Assembly: GCA_019635575.1 (NCBI GenBank)
Contig: JAHBZF010000002.1
Location: forward strand, 13,144 to 77,143
Source: Pseudolabrys sp.
GTDB taxonomy: Bacteria > Pseudomonadota > Alphaproteobacteria > Rhizobiales > Xanthobacteraceae
Direction: 5' to 3'
Length of the DNA: 64,000 nucleotides
Shown: positions 49,759 to 59,484 of the stretch, in pieces
Numbering within the stretch: position 1 is the first letter of the stretch
How the letters are laid out: each line of letters begins with the position of its first letter
Made by a program: the position numbers and the translations under genes
Notes under the pieces: model-generated
What the model was told of the DNA's origin: nothing
What the model saw: the letters and a program-made list of their open reading frames with translations, nothing else
Database searches by the model: none

Positions 49759-51615
49759 TCAGACGCTTCCGTCCGCCGGCGAAATCCTGTTCCGGCGGTC
49801 CCGGCGCGCGGCGTCCGCGATGAAGTCCCGCGGCACCGCCGCCAACAGGCTCTCGGTGTAGGGATGTTGCGGACGGTCGAAAACGTCAGCGGTCGGTCCC
49901 GCTTCCACAAACTCGCCCTTGTGCATCACGAACACGCGGTCACAAAGATAGCGGACCACCGCAAGATCGTGAGAGATCAGAACCATCGAAAAGCTGCGCT
50001 CGCTCCGCAAGCGCAGCAGCAGGTTCAGAAGCTGCGCCTGCACCGACACGTCGAGGCCCGACACGATCTCGTCCGCGACCAGAATTTCCGGCGCCCGGCA
50101 CAAGGCCCGCGCGATGTTCACCCGTTGCTTTTGCCCGCCGGACAGTTCGCTGGGAAAGCGCAACGCCGCATCCGACGGCAACCCGACCTCGTGCAGCAAC
50201 GCCTCGGCCTTCGCCAAGCGGTCGCGCCACGTCGCCTGTCCCGCTGCCTCCATGGCTTGCGTGATGATGCTGGCGACGGACCGGCGCGGATTGAGCGCCG
50301 ATTGCGGATCCTGAAAAATCATCTGGATATGCGCGCGCTGATGCTGGCGCGACACCTTGTCACCGCCGGTGACATCGCGGCCGGCGAGAACGAGCTTGCC
50401 TTCGGTTGCCGTTTCCAGCCCGCACAGAAGACGCGCGACGGTGCTTTTGCCCGAGCCGCTTTCACCGACGATGCCGACAAACTCGTTCTGCTGGAGCGTG
50501 AAGTTGATGTTCCTGACGGCTTGAAAATTCGTGCGCCGGAAGATTCCGGCCGTCATGGAAAACGTCTTTGATACTGATTCGACCGTCAGCAGCGAGGCGC
50601 CATAGGGCTTCTTGTCGATCGCCTGCCGGAGCGGCGGATCGATCCGCGCCGTCAGATCGCTGCGAATGCAGGCAACATCATGCCCCTCGCCGACGCTGAC
50701 CGCCGGCGGCGTCTTTTCGCGGCACGCATCGATGACATTCGGACAGCGCGGACCGAACAAGCATCCGGCAATGCTGCCCAGCGCACTGACCCCCGGCATG
50801 CGATCCGGAAGCGAATACAGCCCGATCCGCGAGGCGTGAACGGAGGGATTGGATAGCTGCAAACATCGCGTATAGGGGTGCGCCGCATCGGCAAAAATCT
50901 CTTTCGCCGGCCCGTATTCCGCGAGACGGCCGGCATACAGAACCAGGACCTGATCCGAGATGTCCGCGGCCAGCCGCAAGTCGTGCGTGATGAAGATCAC
51001 GCTGGTGCCTTCACTCCGTTGCAGATCGCGGATCAGTTCGACAATCCGCGATTGCGTCGTGACATCGAGCGCGGTGGTCGGCTCATCCGCGATCAGGAGC
51101 TTCGGCCGGCTCGCGAAGGCCATGGCAATCAACACGCGTTGACACATGCCGCCGGACAACTGGTGCGCATATTTGCCGAGGATGTCCGCGGGACGCGGCA
51201 GCCGCACCGCATTGAGCATATCCAGCGCGTAATCCCGGCGCGCGCGTTTCGCGCCGATCCCCAAACGCGCGAGATGCTCGTCGATCTGGGCGCCGATGGT
51301 GAGAACGGGGTTCAGCCCCGACAGCGGCTCCTGCGGCACGAACGCGATATCGCGCCCAAGCAGCATGCGCCGCTGCTCCGCGGGCATCCCGATCAGATCC
51401 TGTCCCAGAAAGGACAGGCCGCCAGTCACCGAGAACCCTTGCGGCAGAATTTGCGCGATCGCCCGTCCGATCATCGATTTCCCGGCGCCGGATTCACCGA
51501 CCACGCCGAGAACGGAACCCCTTTGCAGGGAAAATCCGAGGCCGCTCACCACGGGAATGCGCGCCGCCCCGATCCGCGCACTCACCTCGAGATTGTCGAC
51601 CGTGAGAATGCTCAT
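49759..51615 (-). CDS. Dipeptide/oligopeptide ABC transporter ATP-binding protein (fused DppD-DppF)
   Basis: Two NBDs: GESGAGKS/LSGGMCQR/ADEPT and GESGSGKST/LSGGQKQR/ADEIV. HPYT motifs. Confidence 0.94.
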   Translation of the reverse strand: MSILTVDNLEVSARIGAARIPVVSGLGFSLQRGSVLGVVGESGAGKSMIGRAIAQILPQGFSVTGGLSFLGQDLIGMPAEQRRMLLGRDIAFVPQEPLSGLNPVLTIGAQIDEHLARLGIGAKRARRDYALDMLNAVRLPRPADILGKYAHQLSGGMCQRVLIAMAFASRPKLLIADEPTTALDVTTQSRIVELIRDLQRSEGTSVIFITHDLRLAADISDQVLVLYAGRLAEYGPAKEIFADAAHPYTRCLQLSNPSVHASRIGLYSLPDRMPGVSALGSIAGCLFGPRCPNVIDACREKTPPAVSVGEGHDVACIRSDLTARIDPPLRQAIDKKPYGASLLTVESVSKTFSMTAGIFRRTNFQAVRNINFTLQQNEFVGIVGESGSGKSTVARLLCGLETATEGKLVLAGRDVTGGDKVSRQHQRAHIQMIFQDPQSALNPRRSVASIITQAMEAAGQATWRDRLAKAEALLHEVGLPSDAALRFPSELSGGQKQRVNIARALCRAPEILVADEIVSGLDVSVQAQLLNLLLRLRSERSFSMVLISHDLAVVRYLCDRVFVMHKGEFVEAGPTADVFDRPQHPYTESLLAAVPRDFIADAARRDRRNRISPADGSV

Positions 51616-51619
51616 GGCG

Positions 51620-52471
51620 CTATGTCCGCCCGCGCGCGATCAAACGGACATCCAGCGTGCGGCGCAGACCGTCGCCAAGGATATTGAAGCCGAGAACGGC
51701 CAGGAAGATCGCGAAGATCGGCAGAAACAGATTCCACGGCGCTTCGTAAATCGTCTGCCGCGCATCGGCCACCATCTGCCCCCAGGCGGGCGTGTTGGCG
51801 CTCACGCTCATGCCGACGAAGGACAGGATCGCCTCGACGATCACCGCGATCCCCATCTCCATACTGAGCAGCGTAATCAGCAGCGGGAGTGTCGCGGGCA
51901 CGATTTCCTTGACGATCACGCGCGGGTGCGAAAACCCCATCAGTTGCGCGGCGGCGATATAATCCTTGCGGCGGACCACCAGCACCTCGCTGCGGATCAC
52001 GCGGCAGAACCGCGTCCAGTCGACGGCAACGATCGCGAAAATGACATTGCGCAGACCGACGCCGAGTCCGACCATCAGGATCAGCGAGAGGATGACCGGC
52101 GGAAAAGACATCCAGACATCGACCGCCCGCCCGATCAGCGCATCGATCCGTCCGCCGAAATAGCCGGCGACATAGGCGAGCACCGCGCCGACGATCATCG
52201 CACCGAGGGACGCCAGAACGGCTACGGTCATCGCCACGCGGGCGCCGAAAATCAGACGCGACAGCACGTCCCGGCCAAGACTATCGGTCCCGAGCAGAAA
52301 CGACGGGTCGCCGCCTTCGGACCAGGCCGGCGGCAGCAGGATCGACACGAGATTCTGCTCGTTGGGGTCGTGCGGCGCGATCACCGGCGCGAAAATGGCG
52401 CAGACAACCAGAATGCCGACAATCGTCAGGCCAATCAGCACGCGGCTCGAGCGGAAGACGGAGCGCAACAC
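51620..52471 (-). CDS. Dipeptide/oligopeptide ABC permease (DppC-like)
   Basis: LLGTDSLGRDVLSRLIFGAR, PAWG.M, FNILGDGLR. GTG start overlaps the upstream stop. Confidence 0.92.
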   Translation of the reverse strand: MLRSVFRSSRVLIGLTIVGILVVCAIFAPVIAPHDPNEQNLVSILLPPAWSEGGDPSFLLGTDSLGRDVLSRLIFGARVAMTVAVLASLGAMIVGAVLAYVAGYFGGRIDALIGRAVDVWMSFPPVILSLILMVGLGVGLRNVIFAIVAVDWTRFCRVIRSEVLVVRRKDYIAAAQLMGFSHPRVIVKEIVPATLPLLITLLSMEMGIAVIVEAILSFVGMSVSANTPAWGQMVADARQTIYEAPWNLFLPIFAIFLAVLGFNILGDGLRRTLDVRLIARGRT

Positions 52472-53496
52472 TACTGTGCCCTCAGCTTCGGATTGAGCAC
52501 GAGATAAAGCGTATCGACAACCGTGTTGATCACGAGAACCACCACGCAATAGGCGAGTCCGACAGCCTGGATGATCGGCAGATCGGCGTTGCGAACCGCG
52601 TCGACCATCACGCTGCCGAGGCCGGGATACGAGAAGATCACCTCCACCAGCAGCGTCCCGCCGAACAGGAACCCGAATTGCACGCCCATCAGGCTCAAGG
52701 TCGGCAGGATGGCGTTCTTGAGCGCGTGCCCCAGAAGAATGCGCGTCTCGGTCACGCCGCGCAAACGCGCCAGATGGATATAGTCATCCTGATAGACGTC
52801 GATCAGGCTGGATCGCAAAACGCGCATGATCGCCGGCGAGAATGCGATGCCCAGCGCGAAACATGGCAGGACCATGTGTTTCAACGCATTCCAGAAAATC
52901 GCGAACTGCCCCGAGAACAGGGCATTCAGCAGCAGAAAGTTGCTGCCTTCGGGAAGACGCAGATCGGCATCAAGCCGTCCGGTGAACGGCAACACGTTCA
53001 ACGCGACGCCAAAGATCAGAATGAAAAACAACGCCCACAGGAATTCGGGAATGGACAACAGAACGATGGTGACAAGATCGATGGCCGGCTCGGCATAGGA
53101 GCCGCGTGACGCGAACAGCAGCAGCCCGCCACCGATGCCGAACACGGTGGCGATCAGCATCGAGAGGAACGCGAGCTCGATCGTCGCCGGCAGGGCGTCG
53201 GCAATCAAGCCCCACACACTTCGCTTGAAATGAATCGACGTGCCGAGATCGCCATGCAGCAGCTTCACCAGCCAGATCGCGTATTGATCCCATAACGGCT
53301 GGTCCATGCCCATCTCGCGGCGATGCGCCTCGATCTCGGCGATGGTCGCCGTGGGCGGCATCGACATCGCCGCGGGGTCGACCGGCAGCACATGCAGCAC
53401 GAGAAACAGCAGCACCGACACGACCAGCAGGATGAAGATCGAGGCGATGAGGCGCCGGCCGATCAGTGGCACGATCGTTGTCAACATGAGCGCCAA
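52471..53496 (-). CDS. Dipeptide/oligopeptide ABC permease (DppB-like)
   Basis: GDLGTS, LPATIEL, ARLRG, HALKNA, VEVIFSYPGLG, LNPKLR. Start 53496 (TTG) or 53487 (ATG). Confidence 0.92.
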   Translation of the reverse strand: MALMLTTIVPLIGRRLIASIFILLVVSVLLFLVLHVLPVDPAAMSMPPTATIAEIEAHRREMGMDQPLWDQYAIWLVKLLHGDLGTSIHFKRSVWGLIADALPATIELAFLSMLIATVFGIGGGLLLFASRGSYAEPAIDLVTIVLLSIPEFLWALFFILIFGVALNVLPFTGRLDADLRLPEGSNFLLLNALFSGQFAIFWNALKHMVLPCFALGIAFSPAIMRVLRSSLIDVYQDDYIHLARLRGVTETRILLGHALKNAILPTLSLMGVQFGFLFGGTLLVEVIFSYPGLGSVMVDAVRNADLPIIQAVGLAYCVVVLVINTVVDTLYLVLNPKLRAQ

Positions 53497-53582
53497 CGCG
53501 CGCGGACCGGCCGCGCCGCCTCCTCCTCACCTTGCCGTATTCCGGAGCGCGAGCGATGCCGATCCCGCTCCGGCACCGCCGT

Positions 53583-55160
53583 TCAGGACCAGCGCATCGA
53601 ATTCGCCAGCACCCACCCGTTCCCATATTTGAGGTAGGCGAGTTTCTTTTTCCGGACCAGCGTCTGGACCGACTGCAGCAACGGAATGGTGGCGCCCTGC
53701 TCCACCGCGTCCTTCGCCAGAGCCTTCCAGCCCTCGATGCGCGCCTTGTTGTCGGTCGCCGCCATCAGACGCGTGATCTCGCCGCCGATGGCCGGGTCTT
53801 TCCACGCCGACATCGGCAGCTTCGGATTGAGGAGGTATCCGCAATAGATTTCCGGATCGCCCGACGCGTTGTCCCAGGAATATAGCGTCGCCTCGGGAAG
53901 CTTGCCGGCGCGATTGAGCTCGAAATATTTCGCGTATTCGATGGTTTCCAGCTCCGCTTCGATTCCGACTTTCTTCCACATCTGCTGGATCGCGCGCGCC
54001 ATGTCGTAGTCGCTCGGGAAATGCCCGTTGGTCGAGGCAAACTTGATCCGCGCAGGCTTTGCCGCGCTGAACCCGGACTGGGCCAGCAATCGTTTCGACA
54101 ACTCCGGATCGTAAGCGAACTTGTAGCTGTCGAGATAACCGGCAGAACCGGGGCTGACGGGAATCGACAGCGGCACGGCGCTGCCCGCATAGAAGGCTTT
54201 CGAGAGCGCGGCCTTGTCGATCGCATGGTGCGCGGCGAGGCGAACATTGCGGTCCGAGAAACCTTCGTCGTTACGGACCTGCAACAGCACGACACGGGTA
54301 ATCGGGTTGATCTCGGCGGCGAGGCTTTGCTCGCGTTGCAGGCGCGGAATATCCCGCACCGGCACGTTGATGGTCAGATCGATCTGGCCCGACTGGATCG
54401 CGGCGACCCGCGCCGAGGGATCCTTGAGGATCTCGAAGATCACGCGCTTGATCCCCGGCTTCGGCCCCCAATACTTCTCGTTCCGCTCCAGCACGATCCG
54501 CGAATTCAATTGATATTCGACCAGTTGATACGGACCCGTGCCGACCGGCTTTTCACGGAATTTCTCGACCCCGACCGATTCCATATATTTTTTCGGAACG
54601 ATGTAGCTGCCGAGGAAGCCGAGCCACGTCGGCGCCGTCGGCGCGGGAGACGAGAACTTCATCACCGCTTTGGTCGGCGATTGAACCTCGATGTCGCTGA
54701 CCTTGCCGAACGACGATTTGGTATCGACGGCATGACCCGCCTTGATCCGTTCGAAGAACGTGTAGCGGAAGTCGTCCGCCGTCATCCGGTCGCCGTTGTG
54801 GAAAGAAACGTCGTCGCGCAATTCGACGGACAGGCTGAGGCCGTCCGGCGCCATGTCCCACTTGGTGATCAGCTTCGGGATCAGATGCAGCGCCGGATCC
54901 TGGTCGAGCGGCTGGTCGAACACCAGCTTGAACAGCGGCTGCGAGTCCGGACTGAACCGCTGGTTCGGATCCCATGAAGGGACATCGCTCGGCCAGCCGA
55001 TCACCGCCGAATCCTGGCTTTGAGCAAAGGCCGGCGAGGTCAACGAAATGAGCGGGCCGCCCGCGCAGAGCGCGGCGAGCCCCGTCATCACCAGCCGCCG
55101 ATCGTGATCGACACCATCCACGCGCGGGACAGTGATGTTCCGAGGATCTCTCAAACGCAT
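53583..55160 (-). CDS. ABC substrate-binding protein family 5 (DppA-like)
   Basis: RR-containing signal, LRDDVSFHNG, PVGTGPY, RNEKYWG, VRLAAHHAID. Confidence 0.92.
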   Translation of the reverse strand: MRLRDPRNITVPRVDGVDHDRRLVMTGLAALCAGGPLISLTSPAFAQSQDSAVIGWPSDVPSWDPNQRFSPDSQPLFKLVFDQPLDQDPALHLIPKLITKWDMAPDGLSLSVELRDDVSFHNGDRMTADDFRYTFFERIKAGHAVDTKSSFGKVSDIEVQSPTKAVMKFSSPAPTAPTWLGFLGSYIVPKKYMESVGVEKFREKPVGTGPYQLVEYQLNSRIVLERNEKYWGPKPGIKRVIFEILKDPSARVAAIQSGQIDLTINVPVRDIPRLQREQSLAAEINPITRVVLLQVRNDEGFSDRNVRLAAHHAIDKAALSKAFYAGSAVPLSIPVSPGSAGYLDSYKFAYDPELSKRLLAQSGFSAAKPARIKFASTNGHFPSDYDMARAIQQMWKKVGIEAELETIEYAKYFELNRAGKLPEATLYSWDNASGDPEIYCGYLLNPKLPMSAWKDPAIGGEITRLMAATDNKARIEGWKALAKDAVEQGATIPLLQSVQTLVRKKKLAYLKYGNGWVLANSMRWS

Positions 55161-55286
55161 GGCTCAGTCCCACCCTTGGATTGCGATGTGCTCTTGCGAT
55201 GTGCTTGCAGTCTCGACGCAACGACGCTCCGTGCGCCTGTACTGGATCACCTCATCTTGAACCAACAGACGCACGGCGCCAGCAAA

Positions 55287-55715
55287 TTATGACACCACGG
55301 ACAACTTGACATCGATATTTCCGCGCGTGGCGTTGGAATACGGACACCGTGCATGTGCACCGTTCACGATCTCCTCGCCGACCGTGCGGTCGATACCGGG
55401 GAGGTTGACCCGCAGTTCGACGGTCAGCGCATAGCCGACGGCGATCGGACCGATCCCGACTTTGGCGGTGACACTCGCGTTGTCCGGCAGGGCAATTTTG
55501 CTGGTACGCGCGACGAGCTTGACCGCGCCCAGAAAGCAGGCCGCGTAGCCGGCCGCGAACAGTTGCTCGGGATTTGTCCCGCTGCCGCCGCCGCCACCCA
55601 GAGCTTTCGGGACCGAAAGCGTGACATCAAGCGTGCCATCGCCGGTGGAGGCCCGCCCCTCCCGGCCACCCGTGGCGGTGGCCTCCGTCTCGTAGAGAAC
55701 CTTGTCTGGCGTCAT
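55287..55715 (-). CDS. ohr: Organic hydroperoxide resistance protein Ohr
   Basis: ATGGREG, GTNPEQLFAAGYAACF, AHARCPYSNATRGNI. Confidence 0.97.
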   Translation of the reverse strand: MTPDKVLYETEATATGGREGRASTGDGTLDVTLSVPKALGGGGGSGTNPEQLFAAGYAACFLGAVKLVARTSKIALPDNASVTAKVGIGPIAVGYALTVELRVNLPGIDRTVGEEIVNGAHARCPYSNATRGNIDVKLSVVS

Positions 55716-55754
55716 CTGACCGCTCCATCTCTTTTGGGCCGACTCTCCTGCCGG

Positions 55755-56537
55755 CTATTTGCGATGACGTGCAAGCAAGGCCCGGAAATCCGCTTTCGCG
55801 CGCTCCGGAGCCAAAGCAAAGCTCGGACCGCGGCTGGGCTCCGTGCCGTTCAATCGGTGCAACTGCACCCACATCTCCGCGGATTTCAACGCGACCGCCG
55901 CACAGTTGATCACCGGCGCATGGCCGATCTTGAAGCCACGTTCGCCACACACCAGCAAACCGGGAAGAACGCCGGCAGGAACGATCACGTCCGCGCCCGC
56001 ATCGACCAGCGGCTGCGCGCAGGTCCTGAAATCCCGCAGCATCCGCTCTTTCGCAGCCTGATCGCCGGCGAAAGCCGCGCCGAAATCCTCCGGCTGACAG
56101 CCGATGCAGACGACCTTCACGATGCGCGAGCCGATGCCATATCGATCCGCCTGCTCGTAGTGCCAAACTTCAAAAGCGGAATCGAGCGTCACCAGACCGA
56201 GACGCCGGCCCAGTTGAGACGCCGCGAGCAACGTCGCTTCCCCGGTCCCAATGACCGGAATCCGAAGCGCGGACCTCAGCTCATAGACACCCGGATCCTG
56301 GAAGTGCCCCATCACGAAGGCATCGTAACCGTCTTCCTCAGCCTGCAGGCCGTAATCGACGGCTTGAACCGAACAGCGAAATTCGGCGAGCCGGCCGAAA
56401 TCGCGATCATGGGGAGATAGCCCGTTGACGTGAACGGACGTGCCGGGCGCGGCGATATCGTTCAGATATTTGCTGAGGGATTGCAGATAAGGAGCATTGG
56501 CAGCGACATCGACAAAGCTTTGCCAGAAGATGCGCAT
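55755..56537 (-). CDS. Asp/Glu/hydantoin racemase family protein (non-canonical)
   Basis: GYDAFVMGHFQDPGVYELRSALRIPVIGTGEA, GADVIVP. Confidence 0.85.
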   Translation of the reverse strand: MRIFWQSFVDVAANAPYLQSLSKYLNDIAAPGTSVHVNGLSPHDRDFGRLAEFRCSVQAVDYGLQAEEDGYDAFVMGHFQDPGVYELRSALRIPVIGTGEATLLAASQLGRRLGLVTLDSAFEVWHYEQADRYGIGSRIVKVVCIGCQPEDFGAAFAGDQAAKERMLRDFRTCAQPLVDAGADVIVPAGVLPGLLVCGERGFKIGHAPVINCAAVALKSAEMWVQLHRLNGTEPSRGPSFALAPERAKADFRALLARHRK

Positions 56538-56888
56538 ATTGGCTTCATTCCCTCGCGCCCCCGTTTTTATGCAATTCTGGGCATATTTCCGGCGGGCTGT
56601 CGATGCTCAGATGCAATTGTTTCCTTGCGCTGCACGCAACACAAGAGAGCGCACGGTCGAAACTTCATACGCCTTCCGCCGCTCATCGCCGGATAACTCT
56701 GTCCGCTTTGCAAGACCGTTGCAACGCATTTGCGCGGAGGTGGTATTTTTGCTGACCGCGCGGCCGCTCCCGCGCGCATATCGGATTCTTTTGCCGAATT
56801 CTTTCGCACTTTGTCGCGCAACGGGCTTTGCAGCAGCCTGCCGGATGGGCTTCACTGGCTTCACCTTTCAGCAGGCGGACCAGTCACC

Positions 56889-57713
56889 GTGCCAGCCACG
56901 ACCGAACCTTCAAAAATCGAACACGCTTTTGTCGAAACGCCGTTCGGCCGAATCCATGCCGCGATCTGCGGGCAAGGGTTTCCGTTGCTGCTGTTGCATC
57001 AGACGCCACGGTCCTGGCGGGAATTCGAATATGTCATCCCCCTGCTGAGCGGCCACTTCCGGACGATCTCCATCGATACGCTCGGTTTTGGGGAATCCGA
57101 CCCGATCGATCGCGACAAAGCGTCGATCGAGGTGTGGGCGCAAGCGTCTCTCGCCTGTCTCAATGCGCTCGGCATTCGCGACTTCGCGGTGGCCGGGCAT
57201 CATACTGGCGCGGTGATCGCGGTCGAGATCGCCGCCCTGTCGCCGCGGCAGGTTCGCGCACTGGTTCTGTCGGGCTGTCCGATGGTGGACGCGGAACGGC
57301 GCGCCCGACCGCATGTGAAAGGCGGTATCGACGACGTCGAACCGCGACCGGACGGAGGGCATCTGGTCGATCTCTGGACCCGCCGTCAGCCGTTCTATCC
57401 GGAAGGCGACACGCTTCTCCTGCAGCGCTTCATCATCGACGCATTGCGCGCCGGCCCGATGGCCGCCGCAGGCCATCATGTTGTCGGTCACTACCGGATG
57501 GAGGATCGGCTCGGCGCGGTGCAAAGTCCCACCTTGATCATCGATCCGGTGAAGGATCCGCACGTTCATCCGGCAGCGGCGAAACTCGCGCGTGCGATCG
57601 CCAACAGCACCATTCGTCCGGTCGCGGAGGGCATGGTGCCGCTCCCCGAGCAACTCCCCGGCGAATTCGCGGCCCCTATCATCGATTTCGTCCGGCCGCT
57701 GGTCGCCCGGTAA
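56889..57713 (+). CDS. Alpha/beta hydrolase fold protein (non-canonical GHHTG elbow)
   Basis: PLLLLHQTPRS, IDTLGFGESD, VAGHHTGAVIA, VRALVLSG, PTLII. Start uncertain (GTG 56889 chosen). Confidence 0.88.
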   Translation: MPATTEPSKIEHAFVETPFGRIHAAICGQGFPLLLLHQTPRSWREFEYVIPLLSGHFRTISIDTLGFGESDPIDRDKASIEVWAQASLACLNALGIRDFAVAGHHTGAVIAVEIAALSPRQVRALVLSGCPMVDAERRARPHVKGGIDDVEPRPDGGHLVDLWTRRQPFYPEGDTLLLQRFIIDALRAGPMAAAGHHVVGHYRMEDRLGAVQSPTLIIDPVKDPHVHPAAAKLARAIANSTIRPVAEGMVPLPEQLPGEFAAPIIDFVRPLVAR

Positions 57714-57744
57714 ATCACCACATCCATCACACGCGAGATAGGCC

Positions 57745-58548
57745 ATGAACGGCAATACGCACGGCAGCAAGCACAAGCTACGCATCTGGGCGCAGGGCGC
57801 CACCCACCCGACACACCATCAGAGTTATCTGGCGTCGCTGCTGCCGCACATGCAGTCTTGCCTGGATCCGGACTTCGAGCTGACCTTTCACACGATCACA
57901 CCGCCGGTGACGACCGTGCACGCGCTGTCGGAATTCCGCTTCTCGCGCGAGGTCATCCGCGGCGCGATCGAGGCGGAAAAAACCGGCTGCGACGTCTTCT
58001 TCATGAATCACTTTCAGGATGTCGGCCTCTATGAGGCACGCGCGTCCGTCGCGATCCCCGTGCTCGGCCTCGGGGAAACGACGCTGCTGCACAGTTGCAC
58101 CATCGGGCGGAAACTGGGGCTGCTGGCGATCAATCCCGGTTTCATCGCCGGCCATCTCGATCAGGTGACGCGTTACGGATTGCAGCAGCGCGTCGCCGGG
58201 ATTCGCGCCATCGACGCAAACATCCGCGACTACATGGAGGCGTTCGCCTCGCCCGACAAGAAAGCGGCCCTCGCCGAAGTTTTTCAGCGCGAATGCCGCC
58301 GCCTGCTCGATGCCGGCGCCGATGTGATCGTTCCGACCGGCGGCATCCCGATGATGTTGTTTGCCGGCGAGGCCGGCGCCAACATCGATGGCGCGCCGAT
58401 CGTCAACGGCGTCACCATCCTCGTGAAAGCCGCGGAGATGGCGGTCAAGCTGCGAAAGCTCGGCGGCATCGGCACAAGCAGGATCGCGCAATCGGGGTTC
58501 GCTTTACCGTCGGCGCAAACGCTTCAGGAGTTTCTCCAGCACGGCTAA
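57745..58548 (+). CDS. Asp/Glu/hydantoin racemase family protein (non-canonical)
   Basis: GCDVFFMNHFQDVGLYEARASVAIPVLGLGET, GADVIVPTGG, KAAEMAV. Confidence 0.85.
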   Translation: MNGNTHGSKHKLRIWAQGATHPTHHQSYLASLLPHMQSCLDPDFELTFHTITPPVTTVHALSEFRFSREVIRGAIEAEKTGCDVFFMNHFQDVGLYEARASVAIPVLGLGETTLLHSCTIGRKLGLLAINPGFIAGHLDQVTRYGLQQRVAGIRAIDANIRDYMEAFASPDKKAALAEVFQRECRRLLDAGADVIVPTGGIPMMLFAGEAGANIDGAPIVNGVTILVKAAEMAVKLRKLGGIGTSRIAQSGFALPSAQTLQEFLQHG

Positions 58549-58608
58549 GCCCAGCGTCGACCGGGCGTCCAATCTCGCCGGCCGTAGGGCGGTTGCGCAG
58601 CGCTGCGG

Positions 58609-59286
58609 CTATGCGCCGGCGGCGATATCGCTCCAGCGATCCAGCAAGATTTTCGTGGTCTCGGTCACGTGCCGCGTCATCAACGCCACGGCACGGTCGG
58701 CATCGCGCGCGATGACCGCCTCCATGATCGGCCGGTGCTCGTCGAGATCGCCGCGTTCTTTCATGACGATGGCGCGCGAAAGATTGCGATAGCGTGACGA
58801 CTGATCGAACAGTTGATCGCAATAGCCGCAGATCCAGCGCGACGGGCATGCCGCATTGAGCGCGCTGTGAAACGCGCGGTGCGGCGGGTCCCAGTCCGGA
58901 TTGAGTTCGCTGTCGGCGGCGCCGGCGTAGCGTGGAACGCGGGCCAGCCGGTGATAGCTCAACAGCACATGCTCTTCCCAGGCGAGATCGCCGAATTCGA
59001 TCGAACGGCGTAGCGCGACATCGTTGAGCCAGACGCGAGTATTGGTCAGTTCCTCGAGCTGCGCGCGGCTGATGCCGCTCACCGCAAACCCGCGCTGATC
59101 ATTGAGCACCACCAGTTGCTCGGACGCGAGCCGGTTCAGCGCCTCGCGCATCGGGGTGATGCTGACCTCGTAGCGCTGACACACATCGCGAATGCGCAGC
59201 TTGGCGCCCGGCGTCAGCCGCCCGGCGATGATGTCGGCCCGCACCTGCTGATAGGCCGCACTGGCGATGGTCGCGTTTCCCGTCAT
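58609..59286 (-). CDS. GntR family transcriptional regulator (FCD)
   Basis: LTPGAKL...VSITPMREALNRL, QRGF, HRAFHSAL, EHRPIMEA. Confidence 0.92.
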   Translation of the reverse strand: MTGNATIASAAYQQVRADIIAGRLTPGAKLRIRDVCQRYEVSITPMREALNRLASEQLVVLNDQRGFAVSGISRAQLEELTNTRVWLNDVALRRSIEFGDLAWEEHVLLSYHRLARVPRYAGAADSELNPDWDPPHRAFHSALNAACPSRWICGYCDQLFDQSSRYRNLSRAIVMKERGDLDEHRPIMEAVIARDADRAVALMTRHVTETTKILLDRWSDIAAGA

Positions 59287-59484
59287 GGCTGTCTGACCGC
59301 TGCTGTCATTGGGCGCTCTTGGTGCCGCATGGCTCTCAGAATCCCATCGGTCGGCGGTTCGCAACCCCTTCCTCCGGATATCGCATTATAGTCCCCAGAA
59401 TCAGAAATGTTATAAATTTTGTTGACTGGTAACAGATGTTCGATCTTTACTGCCACAAAACGCAGAAACGGATGGGAGAAAACG

